From contig JAHJEW010000052.1 in assembly GCA_018825335.1 (NCBI GenBank), positions 1-54,832 on the forward strand: a DNA stretch of 54,832 nucleotides, written 5' to 3'. Under the pieces are notes generated by a model. It made no database searches and had not been told where the DNA came from. It saw only the letters and a list, made by a program, of their open reading frames with translations. Each line of letters starts with the position of its first letter. Within the stretch, counting starts at the first letter, position 1. Position numbers and translations under genes: made by a program. Positions 11,232-21,394 of the stretch are shown here, piece after piece. Source of the DNA: Patescibacteria group bacterium. Its GTDB lineage: Bacteria > Patescibacteriota > Gracilibacteria > UBA1369.

Positions 11232-13052
11232 ATGAGCTTTATGAATACAAAAAATATCAGGAATTTCTGCATTATTGCCCATATTGATCATGGAAAATCG
11301 ACTTTGGCGGACAGATTGCTGGAGCTTACGGGAACTGTGAGCAAAAGGGATATGAAACATGCCCAGATGTTGGATACTATGGAGCTGGAACAGGAAAGAG
11401 GTATAACTATCAAGTTGCAGCCGGTGCAAATGGAGTTGGAGCGTGATCGAACAAATTTTGTACTCAACCTGATTGATACACCCGGCCATGTTGATTTTAC
11501 TTATGAGGTTTCCCGCAGTCTGGCAGCATGCGAAGGCGCAATTTTGATTGTGGATGCGACGCAGGGGATTGAGGCTCAGACCCTTGCTAATTGTTATATG
11601 GCCCTGGATCACAATCTGACTATTGTTCCGGTTTTAAATAAAATTGATCTGCCATCGGCGGATGTGCCGGCGCGCGCGATTGAGATTGAAAATACATTGG
11701 GTATTAAAAGAGATGAGATTATTGCCATATCGGCCAAAGAGGGGACCAATGTGGAGAAAGTCCTTGATGCCATTATTGACAGACTCCCCCCTCCTCCCCA
11801 GACGCATGAAGGTGATGAAACTAAGGCGCTGATTTTCGATTCGGTTTATGATTCATACAGGGGGGTTGTTTTGTATGTGAGGGTGATGTCCGGCGAGCTT
11901 AAGCGTGGTGATACAATTTATCTTCTTCATAACCGGCGGCAGCTGGAAGTTATTGAGGTTGGCCATTTTAAGCCTCAATATTTGAGCGTGGATGTGCTGG
12001 GATCCGGTGATGTAGGTTATGTGGTTTCGGGACTTAAGGATGTTAAAGATGCCCGAACCGGTGATACGATCTGGAAGCAGGGAACAAAGTCTTTAAAGGT
12101 CGATGAGGCAAGGCCTCTGGCGGGATATAAAGAGGTTAAACCGTATGTTTTTGCCAGTATTTATTGTACCGAAGGCGACGATTTTCCTTTGCTAAGAGAT
12201 GCTCTGGACAAACTGCATTTAAGCGACTCGGCCTTGACTTTTGAGCCGGAACAGTCGGGTGCGCTGGGACACGGTTTCCGGTGTGGGTTTTTGGGGCTTC
12301 TGCATCTGGATATTGTGCAGGAGCGACTTGAGCGCGAGTATGATCTAGATCTGATTGTGACGGCGCCATCGGTGTCTTATATTGCGATTTTGAAGGATGG
12401 TGAGGAGCTTTTTGTGGCCAATCCGGCGGATTTACCCGATCCGTCCAAGATCCTGGCGATTAAGGAGCCATGGGTGAAGGTGGAGGTTTTGACACCAAAA
12501 GATTATGTGGGAGCAATTATGCAGATGTCGCTTGAGAAAAGGGGAATAAATAAGAGTATGCAGTATATTGATGAGAATCGTGTGATTGTTTCTTTTGAAA
12601 TGCCTCTTGCTTCCATTGTTATTGATTATTTTGATCTTTTAAAAAGCGTAACTTCCGGTTATGCCTCAATGAATTATGAGTATCTTGAATATAGGGAGGG
12701 CAAACTGGTTAAGCTGGATATTTTGGTGGCCGGACAAAAGGTGGATGCGCTTTCGTCCATTGTGCACAGGGAACAGGCTTTTTATATTGGAAGCGCTCTT
12801 ACAAAAAAGCTTAAAGAACTTATTCCAAGGGCGCAGTTTGAAATCGCGATTCAGGCGGCGATTGGCAGTAAGATTGTTGCAAGGGAAACTATCAGCGCCA
12901 TGCGCAAGGATGTAACTGCAAAACTGTATGGCGGGGACAGAACGCGCAAAGATAAGCTTTTGAAGAAGCAAAAAGCGGGTAAAAAACGTCTAAAGAAGAT
13001 CGGGAAGATTGAATTGCCACAGGAAGCTTTTATGGCGATTTTGAAAAAATAA
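11232..13052 (+). CDS. lepA: Translation elongation factor 4
   Basis: Motifs: NIRNFCIIAHIDHGKSTLADRLL, DTPGHVDF, NKIDL, and the C-terminal LepA region YGGDRTRKDKLLKKQKAGKKRLK. The track ORF begins at a TTG (11187). The first ATG (11232, MSFMNTK) fits the conserved N-terminus better. Confidence 0.95.
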   Translation: MSFMNTKNIRNFCIIAHIDHGKSTLADRLLELTGTVSKRDMKHAQMLDTMELEQERGITIKLQPVQMELERDRTNFVLNLIDTPGHVDFTYEVSRSLAACEGAILIVDATQGIEAQTLANCYMALDHNLTIVPVLNKIDLPSADVPARAIEIENTLGIKRDEIIAISAKEGTNVEKVLDAIIDRLPPPPQTHEGDETKALIFDSVYDSYRGVVLYVRVMSGELKRGDTIYLLHNRRQLEVIEVGHFKPQYLSVDVLGSGDVGYVVSGLKDVKDARTGDTIWKQGTKSLKVDEARPLAGYKEVKPYVFASIYCTEGDDFPLLRDALDKLHLSDSALTFEPEQSGALGHGFRCGFLGLLHLDIVQERLEREYDLDLIVTAPSVSYIAILKDGEELFVANPADLPDPSKILAIKEPWVKVEVLTPKDYVGAIMQMSLEKRGINKSMQYIDENRVIVSFEMPLASIVIDYFDLLKSVTSGYASMNYEYLEYREGKLVKLDILVAGQKVDALSSIVHREQAFYIGSALTKKLKELIPRAQFEIAIQAAIGSKIVARETISAMRKDVTAKLYGGDRTRKDKLLKKQKAGKKRLKKIGKIELPQEAFMAILKK

Positions 13053-13153
13053 TATGTTGTTTGTTGATGTAGAAGCAGCTTTGTGGCTGGTCTTTTAGCT
13101 GATTTTATGGTAATATATACGGATATTTTTGTATCTATCCGGCTATTATTATT

Positions 13154-14734
13154 ATGCAAAACGCTGACTTCTCATCGGGTAAAAGAAAAATCGGCCAAAA
13201 AATATTCTTTGCTTTTATTGTTGCCGGGCTTGCTGCGCTTGGTGTCTATTTGTTTGCAGGGGAGGGAATTTTGTTTAATCCCGGTCAAAATGGCAATTCA
13301 CACGTTGTAATGCGCGCGGAAAATGAGGTTTTGAGCATAGGCTATGCTTTTTATCCAGACAGCCTTGAGCCGACCCATTTTGATCAGGTTACGCGTAATT
13401 ATCTGGTGCAGATATATGAAAGCCCGGTGCGCACTGACGGTAATTTGAATATTAAACCGGGCCTGGCTGTTTCATGGGGTCTTTTGGATCCACTCACCTG
13501 GGAACTAAGGCTAAGGCCGGATGTGAAGTTTCATAATGGTAAAGCTTTGGAGCCGGCAGATGTGATTTATAGTATAAATCGGGCCGCGGGTTATGAAGAT
13601 TCTCAGCTTAAGGATTTGTTGAATACGGTTGAATCGGTAGAGGCTGAGGGATCCGACAAGATTTTAATTCATACGCGTGTGGCTGATCCGCTGCTTTTGA
13701 ACAAACTGGCTGTAACGTTTATTTTCCCTGCGGAATATGAGGATTTTTCTGTTCCGGTGGGTACCGGGCCTTATAAATTTATCGAATATGAAAGCGGTGA
13801 AATGCAGCTTGAAAGAAACATTGCATATTGGGGTACACTGCCTGCTTTTAATAAAGTGAGTTTAAGGGGGATTCCCGATAAGCGCGAGCGGCTTTCAGCA
13901 CTTGAAAGTGGAGATATAAAGCTATTGGCCAATGTGCCGCCTTCGGCGGCATGTGAGGAGTGTGAACAGATTAAATCTGATAACGTTGCGATAAAATCGA
14001 TTCCGAGTCTTGAAGTCAGTTTCTTGATGTTCAATCTGAAGAATCCGCTTTTTGGACTGCATGATCTAAGGGAGGCGCTTACTCATGTTTTTGACGCGGG
14101 TGTATTTGAAGATATTGCTTTTGGATTTGCCAAATCCGCCAATCAGTTTGTGAGTAGCGGAGTGTTTGGGTTTGATCCGTCTATCGATGATAAAGATTTT
14201 GACATGGATAGTGCAAAAAAGTTGATCGATCAGGCTTTGGGTAAAACTTTTAGCCGCGCTGTGATAGTTTTTGATTATCCGGAAGGGCTTGATGCAATTG
14301 GGCAGTATGTTCAGTCTCAGCTTTCCGATTTAGGCATTGATGTTCAGCTGAATCCGATAAATAGCGCGGAGCTTCAGCAAAAGATTTTAAGCGGCGAATC
14401 CGATTTTTATTTCTTGGGATGGCGCAGTGAACTTGGTGATGCCAGTGATTTGCTTTTGGCGGTTGCTCATAGTCGCGATCGGGTCAGCGGTTATGGACTT
14501 TATAACGGCAGCAACTATGTGAATAAAAAAGTTGATCAATTGATTGAGGCGAGCCGGGAAAATTTTGATGTGGAGGCTCGATTGGCGCAACTTCAGGAAG
14601 CGATGGAAATTATAACAGATGAAGATATTATTGGGATTCCGCTTTTTGAGTCGGAGACGATTTTCGCCTACGATAAAGGTCTTGGTTTTGAGCCGCGAGT
14701 TGACGGTTACATAATCGCATCAGAAATAACATAA
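13154..14734 (+). CDS. Membrane-anchored solute-binding protein, family 5 (peptide/nickel type)
   Basis: 526 aa with an N-terminal TM anchor (IFFAFIVAGLAALGVYLF). SBP_bac_5-like segments are present: LAVSWGLLDPLTWELRLRPDVKFHNGKALEPADVIYSINR and GTGPYKFIEYESGEMQLERN. Confidence 0.8.
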   Translation: MQNADFSSGKRKIGQKIFFAFIVAGLAALGVYLFAGEGILFNPGQNGNSHVVMRAENEVLSIGYAFYPDSLEPTHFDQVTRNYLVQIYESPVRTDGNLNIKPGLAVSWGLLDPLTWELRLRPDVKFHNGKALEPADVIYSINRAAGYEDSQLKDLLNTVESVEAEGSDKILIHTRVADPLLLNKLAVTFIFPAEYEDFSVPVGTGPYKFIEYESGEMQLERNIAYWGTLPAFNKVSLRGIPDKRERLSALESGDIKLLANVPPSAACEECEQIKSDNVAIKSIPSLEVSFLMFNLKNPLFGLHDLREALTHVFDAGVFEDIAFGFAKSANQFVSSGVFGFDPSIDDKDFDMDSAKKLIDQALGKTFSRAVIVFDYPEGLDAIGQYVQSQLSDLGIDVQLNPINSAELQQKILSGESDFYFLGWRSELGDASDLLLAVAHSRDRVSGYGLYNGSNYVNKKVDQLIEASRENFDVEARLAQLQEAMEIITDEDIIGIPLFESETIFAYDKGLGFEPRVDGYIIASEIT

Positions 14735-14738
14735 GCTT

Positions 14739-16361
14739 ATGCATTCTCTAAAAACAAAACTTATTGCCTGGATTAGTGTGCTGATCATTATTTTATTCGG
14801 GATCAGCGCAGGGCTGTTTTTGGGCGAAAAGCAGCGGGAATTGACGGAAGATATTTTTGTTAATGCCAGGTCTTTTGCCGAATTGACGGCCGGATCGGTT
14901 GTGGCCGATTATAAGCTATATCTTCCACAGGAAAGTTTTATTTATTTCAATAGGGAAATAAAGGCGACTTTTGCCAAATTTCAGGATCTTTCCGGGATTA
15001 AAGTTATAAGTTATAAAGGTGAGCTGGCTTATGATTCGGCTACGGAAGGCGAAAAGCAGTATTTGGGTACGGCGCGTATGGTTATTGATCAAAATATGCT
15101 AAAGCAGGTTGCGTCCAGAAATCCGTCCGTGATGACTCTTGATAGTCAAAGGGTTGTTTATCTGAAGAAAAACGATGATGGCTTGATATCTTATGTTGAT
15201 GAAAATGAAATGCCTGCTCCGGCGCTGGCGCCCGATGAAAAAATCGCTTATCTGGTACAGCCGGCTACAAATGATTATGCTGTTGTTTATGGCATAACTT
15301 ACGCGAATTTACAGGATCGGGTCAATCAGACGATTATGAGGAGTCTGCTTCTGGCTTTGTTTGGTGTCGGTACGGGAATATTAATCGCCTATTTGTTTGC
15401 GGCGGGAATTACAAGGCCCCTAAAGAAACTGACCGAAGGCGCCGGGATTATAGCAAAGGGTAATTTTAAGCACAGAGTGGAGGTTAAAACCAGGGATGAA
15501 ATTGCGACGCTGGCGGGAGCTTTCAACAGCATGGCGCAGGATCTTGAAGTTAGTACCAAGGCACTTATTTATAAGGAGCGTGTGGCCAAGGAGCTTGAAA
15601 TTGCCGCCGGAATTCAGAAAGATCTTTTGCCGAAAGTTATTCCTTCCATTGCCGGACTTGATATTTCGGCGGGGCTGCTCCCGGCGGAAGAGATCGGTGG
15701 TGATTGTTATGACTTTCTTAAGCCAAATGATAATAGTCTACTTATGTATCTGGGTGATGTAACAGGGCATGGGGTTGCTTCCGGAATTGTGGGATCTATT
15801 GTTAATGCTTTGATATACAATTATTCGGATGCGGTGGATCTTAAAGAGCTCCTGGTTAGGATTAACAGTATTTTGAAGGAGAAAACAACATCGAATATGT
15901 TCATTACTATGGTTATGCTGCATTGGGATGCGACCATGAGACATTTGAAGTACGTTAGTGCCGGTCATGAGCAGATGATTCATTTTTGCGCAAAGGATGG
16001 CAAGGTTTCGCTTCTGCCTCCCGGAGGGCTGGCTCTTGGGATGATGCCTAATATTAGTGAGCTTTTGGAGGAGCGGTCATTGGTTCTTGAGGAAGGGGAT
16101 GTGCTGGTGGCTTACAGTGATGGTATTCCTGAAGCCTGGAAAAATGAAAAAGAGATGTATGGTATGTCGGGACTTAAAAGGGCGGTAAGCGAATATGGCC
16201 GTCTGGAAAACGCTCTGGCAATTCGTAATGCACTTCTTTCCGATGTTAAGCAGTATTCCGGGAATTGGAAACAGATGGATGATATGACTTTAATGGTACT
16301 TAAGCGGACCGAGAAAGATCCGCGGCTTTATAATGGACCGGTGCCTCCTGTTACGGTTTAG
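14739..16361 (+). CDS. Membrane sensor PP2C (SpoIIE/RsbU-type) phosphatase with HAMP domain
   Basis: 540 aa. Layout: TM helix, about 170-aa extracytoplasmic domain, second TM helix, HAMP domain (ITRPLKKLTEGAGIIAKGNF...EIATLAGAFNSMAQDL), then a PP2C domain (AAGIQKDLLP, GGDCYDF, GDVTGHGVASG, YSDGIPEA). Confidence 0.85.
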   Translation: MHSLKTKLIAWISVLIIILFGISAGLFLGEKQRELTEDIFVNARSFAELTAGSVVADYKLYLPQESFIYFNREIKATFAKFQDLSGIKVISYKGELAYDSATEGEKQYLGTARMVIDQNMLKQVASRNPSVMTLDSQRVVYLKKNDDGLISYVDENEMPAPALAPDEKIAYLVQPATNDYAVVYGITYANLQDRVNQTIMRSLLLALFGVGTGILIAYLFAAGITRPLKKLTEGAGIIAKGNFKHRVEVKTRDEIATLAGAFNSMAQDLEVSTKALIYKERVAKELEIAAGIQKDLLPKVIPSIAGLDISAGLLPAEEIGGDCYDFLKPNDNSLLMYLGDVTGHGVASGIVGSIVNALIYNYSDAVDLKELLVRINSILKEKTTSNMFITMVMLHWDATMRHLKYVSAGHEQMIHFCAKDGKVSLLPPGGLALGMMPNISELLEERSLVLEEGDVLVAYSDGIPEAWKNEKEMYGMSGLKRAVSEYGRLENALAIRNALLSDVKQYSGNWKQMDDMTLMVLKRTEKDPRLYNGPVPPVTV

Positions 16362-17605
16362 GCTTTGGCGCCCGGCACGGGAAATTTCAGGGCCATTTCC
16401 GTAACCTCCGATTTTATTTCGGCAAGTTTTTGGTCGTTTCCGTGATTTTTCATAGCGGCGTTCATCCATGCGACGATCTGGCGCATTTCGGGTTCTTTAA
16501 GACCACGGGTCGTCATGGCCGGTGTTCCGATACGGATGCCGCTGGGATCCAGTGGTGGGCGGGGATCGTTTGGAATCATGTTCATGTTGCAGGTGATTCC
16601 GGCTTTATCCAGAGCAATCTGGGCCTCCTTACCTGTTATTCCGTGGGTGGTTACATCGATTAACAACAGATGGTTGTCTGTTCCGCCGAACATTAGTCTG
16701 TAGCCGAGCTTGTTGAATTCTTCCTCGAAAATTTTAGCGTTGGCTTTGATTTGTCTGGCGTAATCTTTGTATGCCGGCTCGAGGGCTTCCTTAAATGCAA
16801 TTGCTTTTGCGGCGATGTTGTTTTCGTGCGGGCCTCCCTGAAAACCCGGGAATACGCTTTTGTCGATTTTTTTGGCGAAAGGTTGTTTGCAAAGTATAAG
16901 GCCGCCGCGGGGGCCGCGCAGGGTTTTGTGGGTGGTGGAGGTAATTATGTCGAAGTAAGGCACCGGATTGTTCATTTCACCGGCGGCTATGAGTCCGGCT
17001 ATGTGCGCTACATCGGCCATGGTCATGGCGCCGACTTTGTCGGCGATCTTTTTAATGTTTATATAGTCGATGTCGCGGGAGTAGGCGCTGTAGCCAACCA
17101 AAATCAGCTTTGGTTTGTGCTGCATGGCCATGGCCTCAAGATCGTTGAGGTCTATTTCCCCCGCGGCGTTGGTGTGATATCTGACAAAATTGAAGATTTT
17201 TGCCATGTGGGTTACGGGGTGACCATGGGTGAGGTGTCCGCCGTGAGACAAATCCATTCCAAGAATGGTGTCGCCCGGCTCCAGTATGCCAAAATAAACC
17301 GCTATATTTGCAGGAGCTCCGGAAAGAGGCTGAACATTGGCGTGATCGCATCCAAAAAGCTGTTTAACTCTTTCAATGGCCTGACTTTCCACGACATCTA
17401 TGTTTTCGCAACCGCCATAGTATCTTTTTCCGGGGTAACCCTCGGAATATTTATTTGTTAAAACAGATCCCAGCGCTTCCAGCACCGCCACAGACACGTA
17501 GTTTTCGGAAGGGATCAATTCAATTCCTTCACGCTGTCTTTTTTCTTCATGTTTAATAGCATCGTAGATCACAGGATCGTACGATTTTATTGATGTCATA
17601 TCCAT
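16358..17605 (-). CDS. glyA: Serine hydroxymethyltransferase
   Basis: 415 aa. Motifs: IELIPSENYVS, YSEGYPGKRYYGGC, and the PLP-lysine context TTHKTLRGPRGG. Confidence 0.95.
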   Translation of the reverse strand: MDMTSIKSYDPVIYDAIKHEEKRQREGIELIPSENYVSVAVLEALGSVLTNKYSEGYPGKRYYGGCENIDVVESQAIERVKQLFGCDHANVQPLSGAPANIAVYFGILEPGDTILGMDLSHGGHLTHGHPVTHMAKIFNFVRYHTNAAGEIDLNDLEAMAMQHKPKLILVGYSAYSRDIDYINIKKIADKVGAMTMADVAHIAGLIAAGEMNNPVPYFDIITSTTHKTLRGPRGGLILCKQPFAKKIDKSVFPGFQGGPHENNIAAKAIAFKEALEPAYKDYARQIKANAKIFEEEFNKLGYRLMFGGTDNHLLLIDVTTHGITGKEAQIALDKAGITCNMNMIPNDPRPPLDPSGIRIGTPAMTTRGLKEPEMRQIVAWMNAAMKNHGNDQKLAEIKSEVTEMALKFPVPGAKA

Positions 17606-17616
17606 GAAAATGGTGG

Positions 17617-18177
17617 TTAAGGATTTGGAATGTGGATGATATTCGCTTCCGTTATTATTAGATCGACTTTTTGATCGTGATCTTCGCCCGCGATATTCTC
17701 AACGATCTGGAACTGATATGCAATCCCAATTTTTGTGCAGTTGAGCTTTAAAAGCAATCGGTCGAAAGAGCCTCCGCCATAGCCTATACGGTTGCCGTCA
17801 AGCGCGAAGGCCACTCCTGGAATTATGGCCAGATCGATTTTTTCGAGGGGAATTTTTTCAAGATCTTCTTTTGGTTCCGGAATGCTAAAGGTTCCTTTTT
17901 CCAGATCGTCCAGAGATTTGATGTGATAGAGGATTAAAGATGAATCGGACTGATTTAAACGCGGCAGAATGAAGTTTTTACTGCCTTTGTATTTATTGAA
18001 GAGCTGCGAAAGATCCACTTCGCCGTGGATTGCTATATAGATGAGAATATTTTGCGCATTTTGAAATTCAGGCAGTTTTTCGATCGTTTCAATAATTTTT
18101 TTATCTTTCGGCGCTTTATCACGCGGGGATTGCTGTGTTCTTTTATATAGTATTTGTTCACGGATTTGTTTTTTCAT
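17617..18177 (-). CDS. 5-formyltetrahydrofolate cyclo-ligase
   Basis: 186 aa. Motifs: IREQILYKR near the N-terminus, IIPGVAF, and GYGGGSFDR, typical of the MTHFS family. Confidence 0.8.
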   Translation of the reverse strand: MKKQIREQILYKRTQQSPRDKAPKDKKIIETIEKLPEFQNAQNILIYIAIHGEVDLSQLFNKYKGSKNFILPRLNQSDSSLILYHIKSLDDLEKGTFSIPEPKEDLEKIPLEKIDLAIIPGVAFALDGNRIGYGGGSFDRLLLKLNCTKIGIAYQFQIVENIAGEDHDQKVDLIITEANIIHIPNP

Positions 18178-18247
18178 GGTTCAATTAAAACATAATATAT
18201 TGTTACTTTAAAGATGTTTCGCTAAAATAGGTGGGCTTCTTTCCCAT

Positions 18248-18335
18248 GCGCAAGTGGCGGAACTGGTAGACGCGCCACCTTGAGGGGGTGGTGGGCTTTA
18301 AGCTCGTGGAGGTTCAAGTCCTCTCTTGCGCACCA
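18248..18335 (+). tRNA. tRNA-Leu(GAG)
   Basis: GCGCAAG-TG-GCGG-AACTGGTAGA-CGCG-CCACC-TTGAGGG-GGTGG, then a long variable arm, then GGAGG-TTCAAGT-CCTCT-CTTGCGC-ACCA. Confidence 0.9.
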
Positions 18336-18340
18336 AAGAA

Positions 18341-19288
18341 CTAGAAAAGTTTACTTCTATAGAAGTATAGTATCCCAAGAATTGAAGAGATGATCAAAAT
18401 ACCCATGACTATCAGGAAGGCGTGGGGTGAATCCTGGTAGGGGAGCGAAAGGTTCATGCCGTAAATGCTTGCCACGAGTGTGGGGATCATGAGTATGATT
18501 GTGATGGAGGTGAGCGTTTTTACGGTGCGGTTTACCTCGTTGGAAATGATGGTGGAAAAAGTGTTTGTGGTGTCTATGACTATGCGGTCATAGATCTTGG
18601 TCGTTTCAATGGCCTGTTTGGTTTCGTCCAAAACGTCTTCTATCAGTTCTTCGTCTTCTTCGGTGGAATTGAACAGTTTGCGTTTTGCCAGTTTTTCCAC
18701 GACGTAATTATTGGAACGGAGTGAGCGGTTAAAGTAGGCCAGTGATTTTCCAATGTCCATAAGCCTTGTGATTTGTTCGTTCTGGGCGGATTTTTCCAGA
18801 TGGTTTTGTGCAATGGTGATGCCGGAGTTTATGACTTTGAGATAGCGCAGATATATTTTGGAAGAAAAGAGCATTAGTTTCATAATCAGGCGCTGCTTTT
18901 GGGCGGTATTTATAATTTTATTGTTATCGAAATTTTTCAGTTTGAGCCTTAAATAGTTCATAACGTCATTTTTGCCGTCGCTGATGGTGATGACATAATC
19001 GCGGTTGTACAAAATACCCAAAGGTACCACGGCATATTCCCCAAGGCTGCTGTTGGGCTGGTTAAGAGGAGTCTGTATAAGTATAAACTGGAAATCTTCC
19101 TCTTCCTCCACTTTTGGTACTTCGTCGGTGTCTTTTACGGAGATGAGTACTTCTTCCGGAATCTCAAAGAAGGGTTTTAATTCTCTTAAATCTTCTTCGG
19201 TAGGTGCCTGTATGTCGATCCAACAGCCCGGTTGAGGCTTTTTTGGATTGGCAAGTTTTCCCCGCACGGTATTGTAGATTTTGTACAT
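18341..19288 (-). CDS. corA: CorA-family magnesium/cobalt transporter
   Basis: 315 aa with two C-terminal TM helices and the signature YGMN (LVASIYGMNLSLP). Confidence 0.9.
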   Translation of the reverse strand: MYKIYNTVRGKLANPKKPQPGCWIDIQAPTEEDLRELKPFFEIPEEVLISVKDTDEVPKVEEEEDFQFILIQTPLNQPNSSLGEYAVVPLGILYNRDYVITISDGKNDVMNYLRLKLKNFDNNKIINTAQKQRLIMKLMLFSSKIYLRYLKVINSGITIAQNHLEKSAQNEQITRLMDIGKSLAYFNRSLRSNNYVVEKLAKRKLFNSTEEDEELIEDVLDETKQAIETTKIYDRIVIDTTNTFSTIISNEVNRTVKTLTSITIILMIPTLVASIYGMNLSLPYQDSPHAFLIVMGILIISSILGILYFYRSKLF

Positions 19289-19391
19289 GCGTGCAAATTA
19301 TAGGCTTAAGTAATATAGATTTTTTAAATCCAGTTGAAAAGTGTAAATTGCTGTGATAAGTTTTTCTGGCCCTTTAAAGGAAGATCTTTTT

Positions 19392-19467
19392 GGACGCTTA
19401 GCTCAGTTGGTAGAGCACCTCGTTTACACCGAGGGGGTCAAAGGTTCGAGCCCTTTAGCGTCCACCA
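19392..19467 (+). tRNA. tRNA-Val(TAC)
   Basis: GGACGCT-TA-GCTC-AGTTGGTA-GAGC-A-CCTCG-TTTACAC-CGAGG-GGGTC-AAAGG-TTCGAGC-CCTTT-AGCGTCC-ACCA. Confidence 0.9.
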
Positions 19468-21392
19468 TAGGAATTTCCAAGTATTTTCAGGCATAAATCT
19501 TTAATTGCGTTGGCCGATATTTTGGCGTGTTCATATAAATCCTGCGATGTACCGGAAAGCTGATACTCTCTTACCGCAATGTTTTCAAAAACCTGAGGGC
19601 AAACATTTTCCTCCATAAGGTATTTTGCAAGTTGGGAAGATAGGCCGGAAACCGCGTTGTGGTCCTCCGCTGTTATTACTTTGCCTGTTTTCTTTATTGA
19701 ATCCAGTAAAGTTTGATCAAATTTTTTGATCGATGTTGCGGCGATCAGTTCAATCGATAATTCCGAATGTTCCTGTTTAATCTGATCAAGAGCTTTTATA
19801 GATTCGGCAACAATCGCGCCCGTGGCTACAATGGTGAGGTCGTTTCCGGCGCGGATTATATCGGATTTGCCGTATTCATATTTATAATCGGTTCCATAAA
19901 AAGGCGTACCGTCTTCTTTTGTGATCACGGGATACTTGTGCCTTCCCATCCGTACATAAAAGTTTCCGTAGTGCGAGGCTACAAAGCGGATAATGCGGTC
20001 TGTCTGATTGGGGTCGGCGGGTTCGATTATCATGGTATTGAAAAATCCCAGGAAAGAGCTTGTATCGTCCAGGGCCTGGTGGGTTGGACCGTCTTCGCCG
20101 ACGGAAAGTCCGCAATGGGTTGACACCATTTTTACATTGGTGCAATTAATATCGTTAACTCTGACCTGATCTTTGGCGCGGCTGGTCATAAATGCGCCAA
20201 ATGTTGAGCAAAAGGGGATGTATCCTGCCAGGCTCAATCCACCCGAGACGGAAAGCATGTTTTGTTCGGCGATGCCCACTTCAATATGTTGCTCCGGCAA
20301 ATTTTTGGCTACGCCGCCGGTTTTTACGGAATCGCGCAGATCAGCGCTCAGAGCAAGAACGGATTTGTTTCTTTTGGCGAGATCCAGGAGAGCGGCTCCA
20401 TAGGCGCTGCGGCAGTCTGTGGTTTCTTCCGTGCCGTATAAGACCGGTTCTCCCTCGTCGATCTGCATCGGCTTTAGGCTTTCTGTAAACTTGGGATCAG
20501 CCGGGCTCCACTTCACAATTTCTTTTATATGTTTAAGTTCCTCTTTCTCTTCATCGGTCAGTGCCAGTTTGGAAAGGGCCAGGTCGGCCATATCCGGTTT
20601 TGGAGCGTTGCCGTGCCAGGTTGATTTGAGGTTTTTGCCTTCGGTTTCCATGTAATCGACTCCTTTACCCATAATTGTGTGACCAATAATGACAACCGGT
20701 TTCCCCGTGACTTCGTATGCCTGACCAATGGCTTTCCACATTGCCGCAAAATCGTGTCCGTCAGCCTCTATAACGTGCCATTTTGCCGATTTGAAAATAG
20801 CGGGCAGATCCAGCGGCATGATTTCTTCAAGACTGGCGGTGAGCTGAACTTCATTGTAGTCAATGAAAGTTATCAGGTTGTCCAGCTTGTATTTGGCCGC
20901 GAAATGGGTCATTTCGTAAACCTGTCCTTCCTGGGCTTCTCCGTCTCCCATCAAAGCAAAAACTTTTTCGGATGAACCGTGCAGTTTTTCTGCAAGCGCA
21001 AAAGCCGCTGCGACCGATACACCTATGCCAAGCGGACCGGTGCCATAGTAAACTCCCTTAACGTGACGGGTGACATGCCCTTCATAAATGCTGCCAAGCT
21101 GGCGAAAAGTGTTAATAACATCATCTTTTGGTATATAGCCTATTTCCGCCAGAATGCTGTAAACCGCGGGTGAAATGTGGCCGTTGGAAACAACGATCTT
21201 TTGGCCGGATTGAGAGATTATGAAAGAGTATAAAAGTGAAAGATAGTCTATGCAGGAAAGAGAACCACCAGGGTGTCCGCTCTGCGCTTGTTTGAGCATG
21301 GCGATGATTGTTCCCCTGCATGATTTTGCCACTGTTTCCAGGAATTTTATTTGTTCTTGGGACAGGTCTTGTCCGATTTTAGGTATTTCCAT
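19455..21392 (-). CDS. tkt: Transketolase
   Basis: 645 aa. Motifs: SGHPGGSLS, the ThDP-binding GDGEAQEG, and EDGPTHQ. The last 13 nt overlap the 3' end of tRNA-Val on the opposite strand. Confidence 0.95.
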   Translation of the reverse strand: MEIPKIGQDLSQEQIKFLETVAKSCRGTIIAMLKQAQSGHPGGSLSCIDYLSLLYSFIISQSGQKIVVSNGHISPAVYSILAEIGYIPKDDVINTFRQLGSIYEGHVTRHVKGVYYGTGPLGIGVSVAAAFALAEKLHGSSEKVFALMGDGEAQEGQVYEMTHFAAKYKLDNLITFIDYNEVQLTASLEEIMPLDLPAIFKSAKWHVIEADGHDFAAMWKAIGQAYEVTGKPVVIIGHTIMGKGVDYMETEGKNLKSTWHGNAPKPDMADLALSKLALTDEEKEELKHIKEIVKWSPADPKFTESLKPMQIDEGEPVLYGTEETTDCRSAYGAALLDLAKRNKSVLALSADLRDSVKTGGVAKNLPEQHIEVGIAEQNMLSVSGGLSLAGYIPFCSTFGAFMTSRAKDQVRVNDINCTNVKMVSTHCGLSVGEDGPTHQALDDTSSFLGFFNTMIIEPADPNQTDRIIRFVASHYGNFYVRMGRHKYPVITKEDGTPFYGTDYKYEYGKSDIIRAGNDLTIVATGAIVAESIKALDQIKQEHSELSIELIAATSIKKFDQTLLDSIKKTGKVITAEDHNAVSGLSSQLAKYLMEENVCPQVFENIAVREYQLSGTSQDLYEHAKISANAIKDLCLKILGNSYGGR

Positions 21393-21394
21393 TT

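Noticed and set aside
16751-17461. Long antisense ORF (236 aa) inside glyA. Similar antisense ORFs occur at 22790..23311, 23124..23702, 30345..30944, 35831..36355, 41445..42080, 46885..47541 and 51768..52307.
   Set aside because: Each lies opposite a gene with strong family motifs. The products are Arg/Phe/Gly-rich with no motifs, and 46885..47541 even spans a gene junction. These are typical shadow ORFs.
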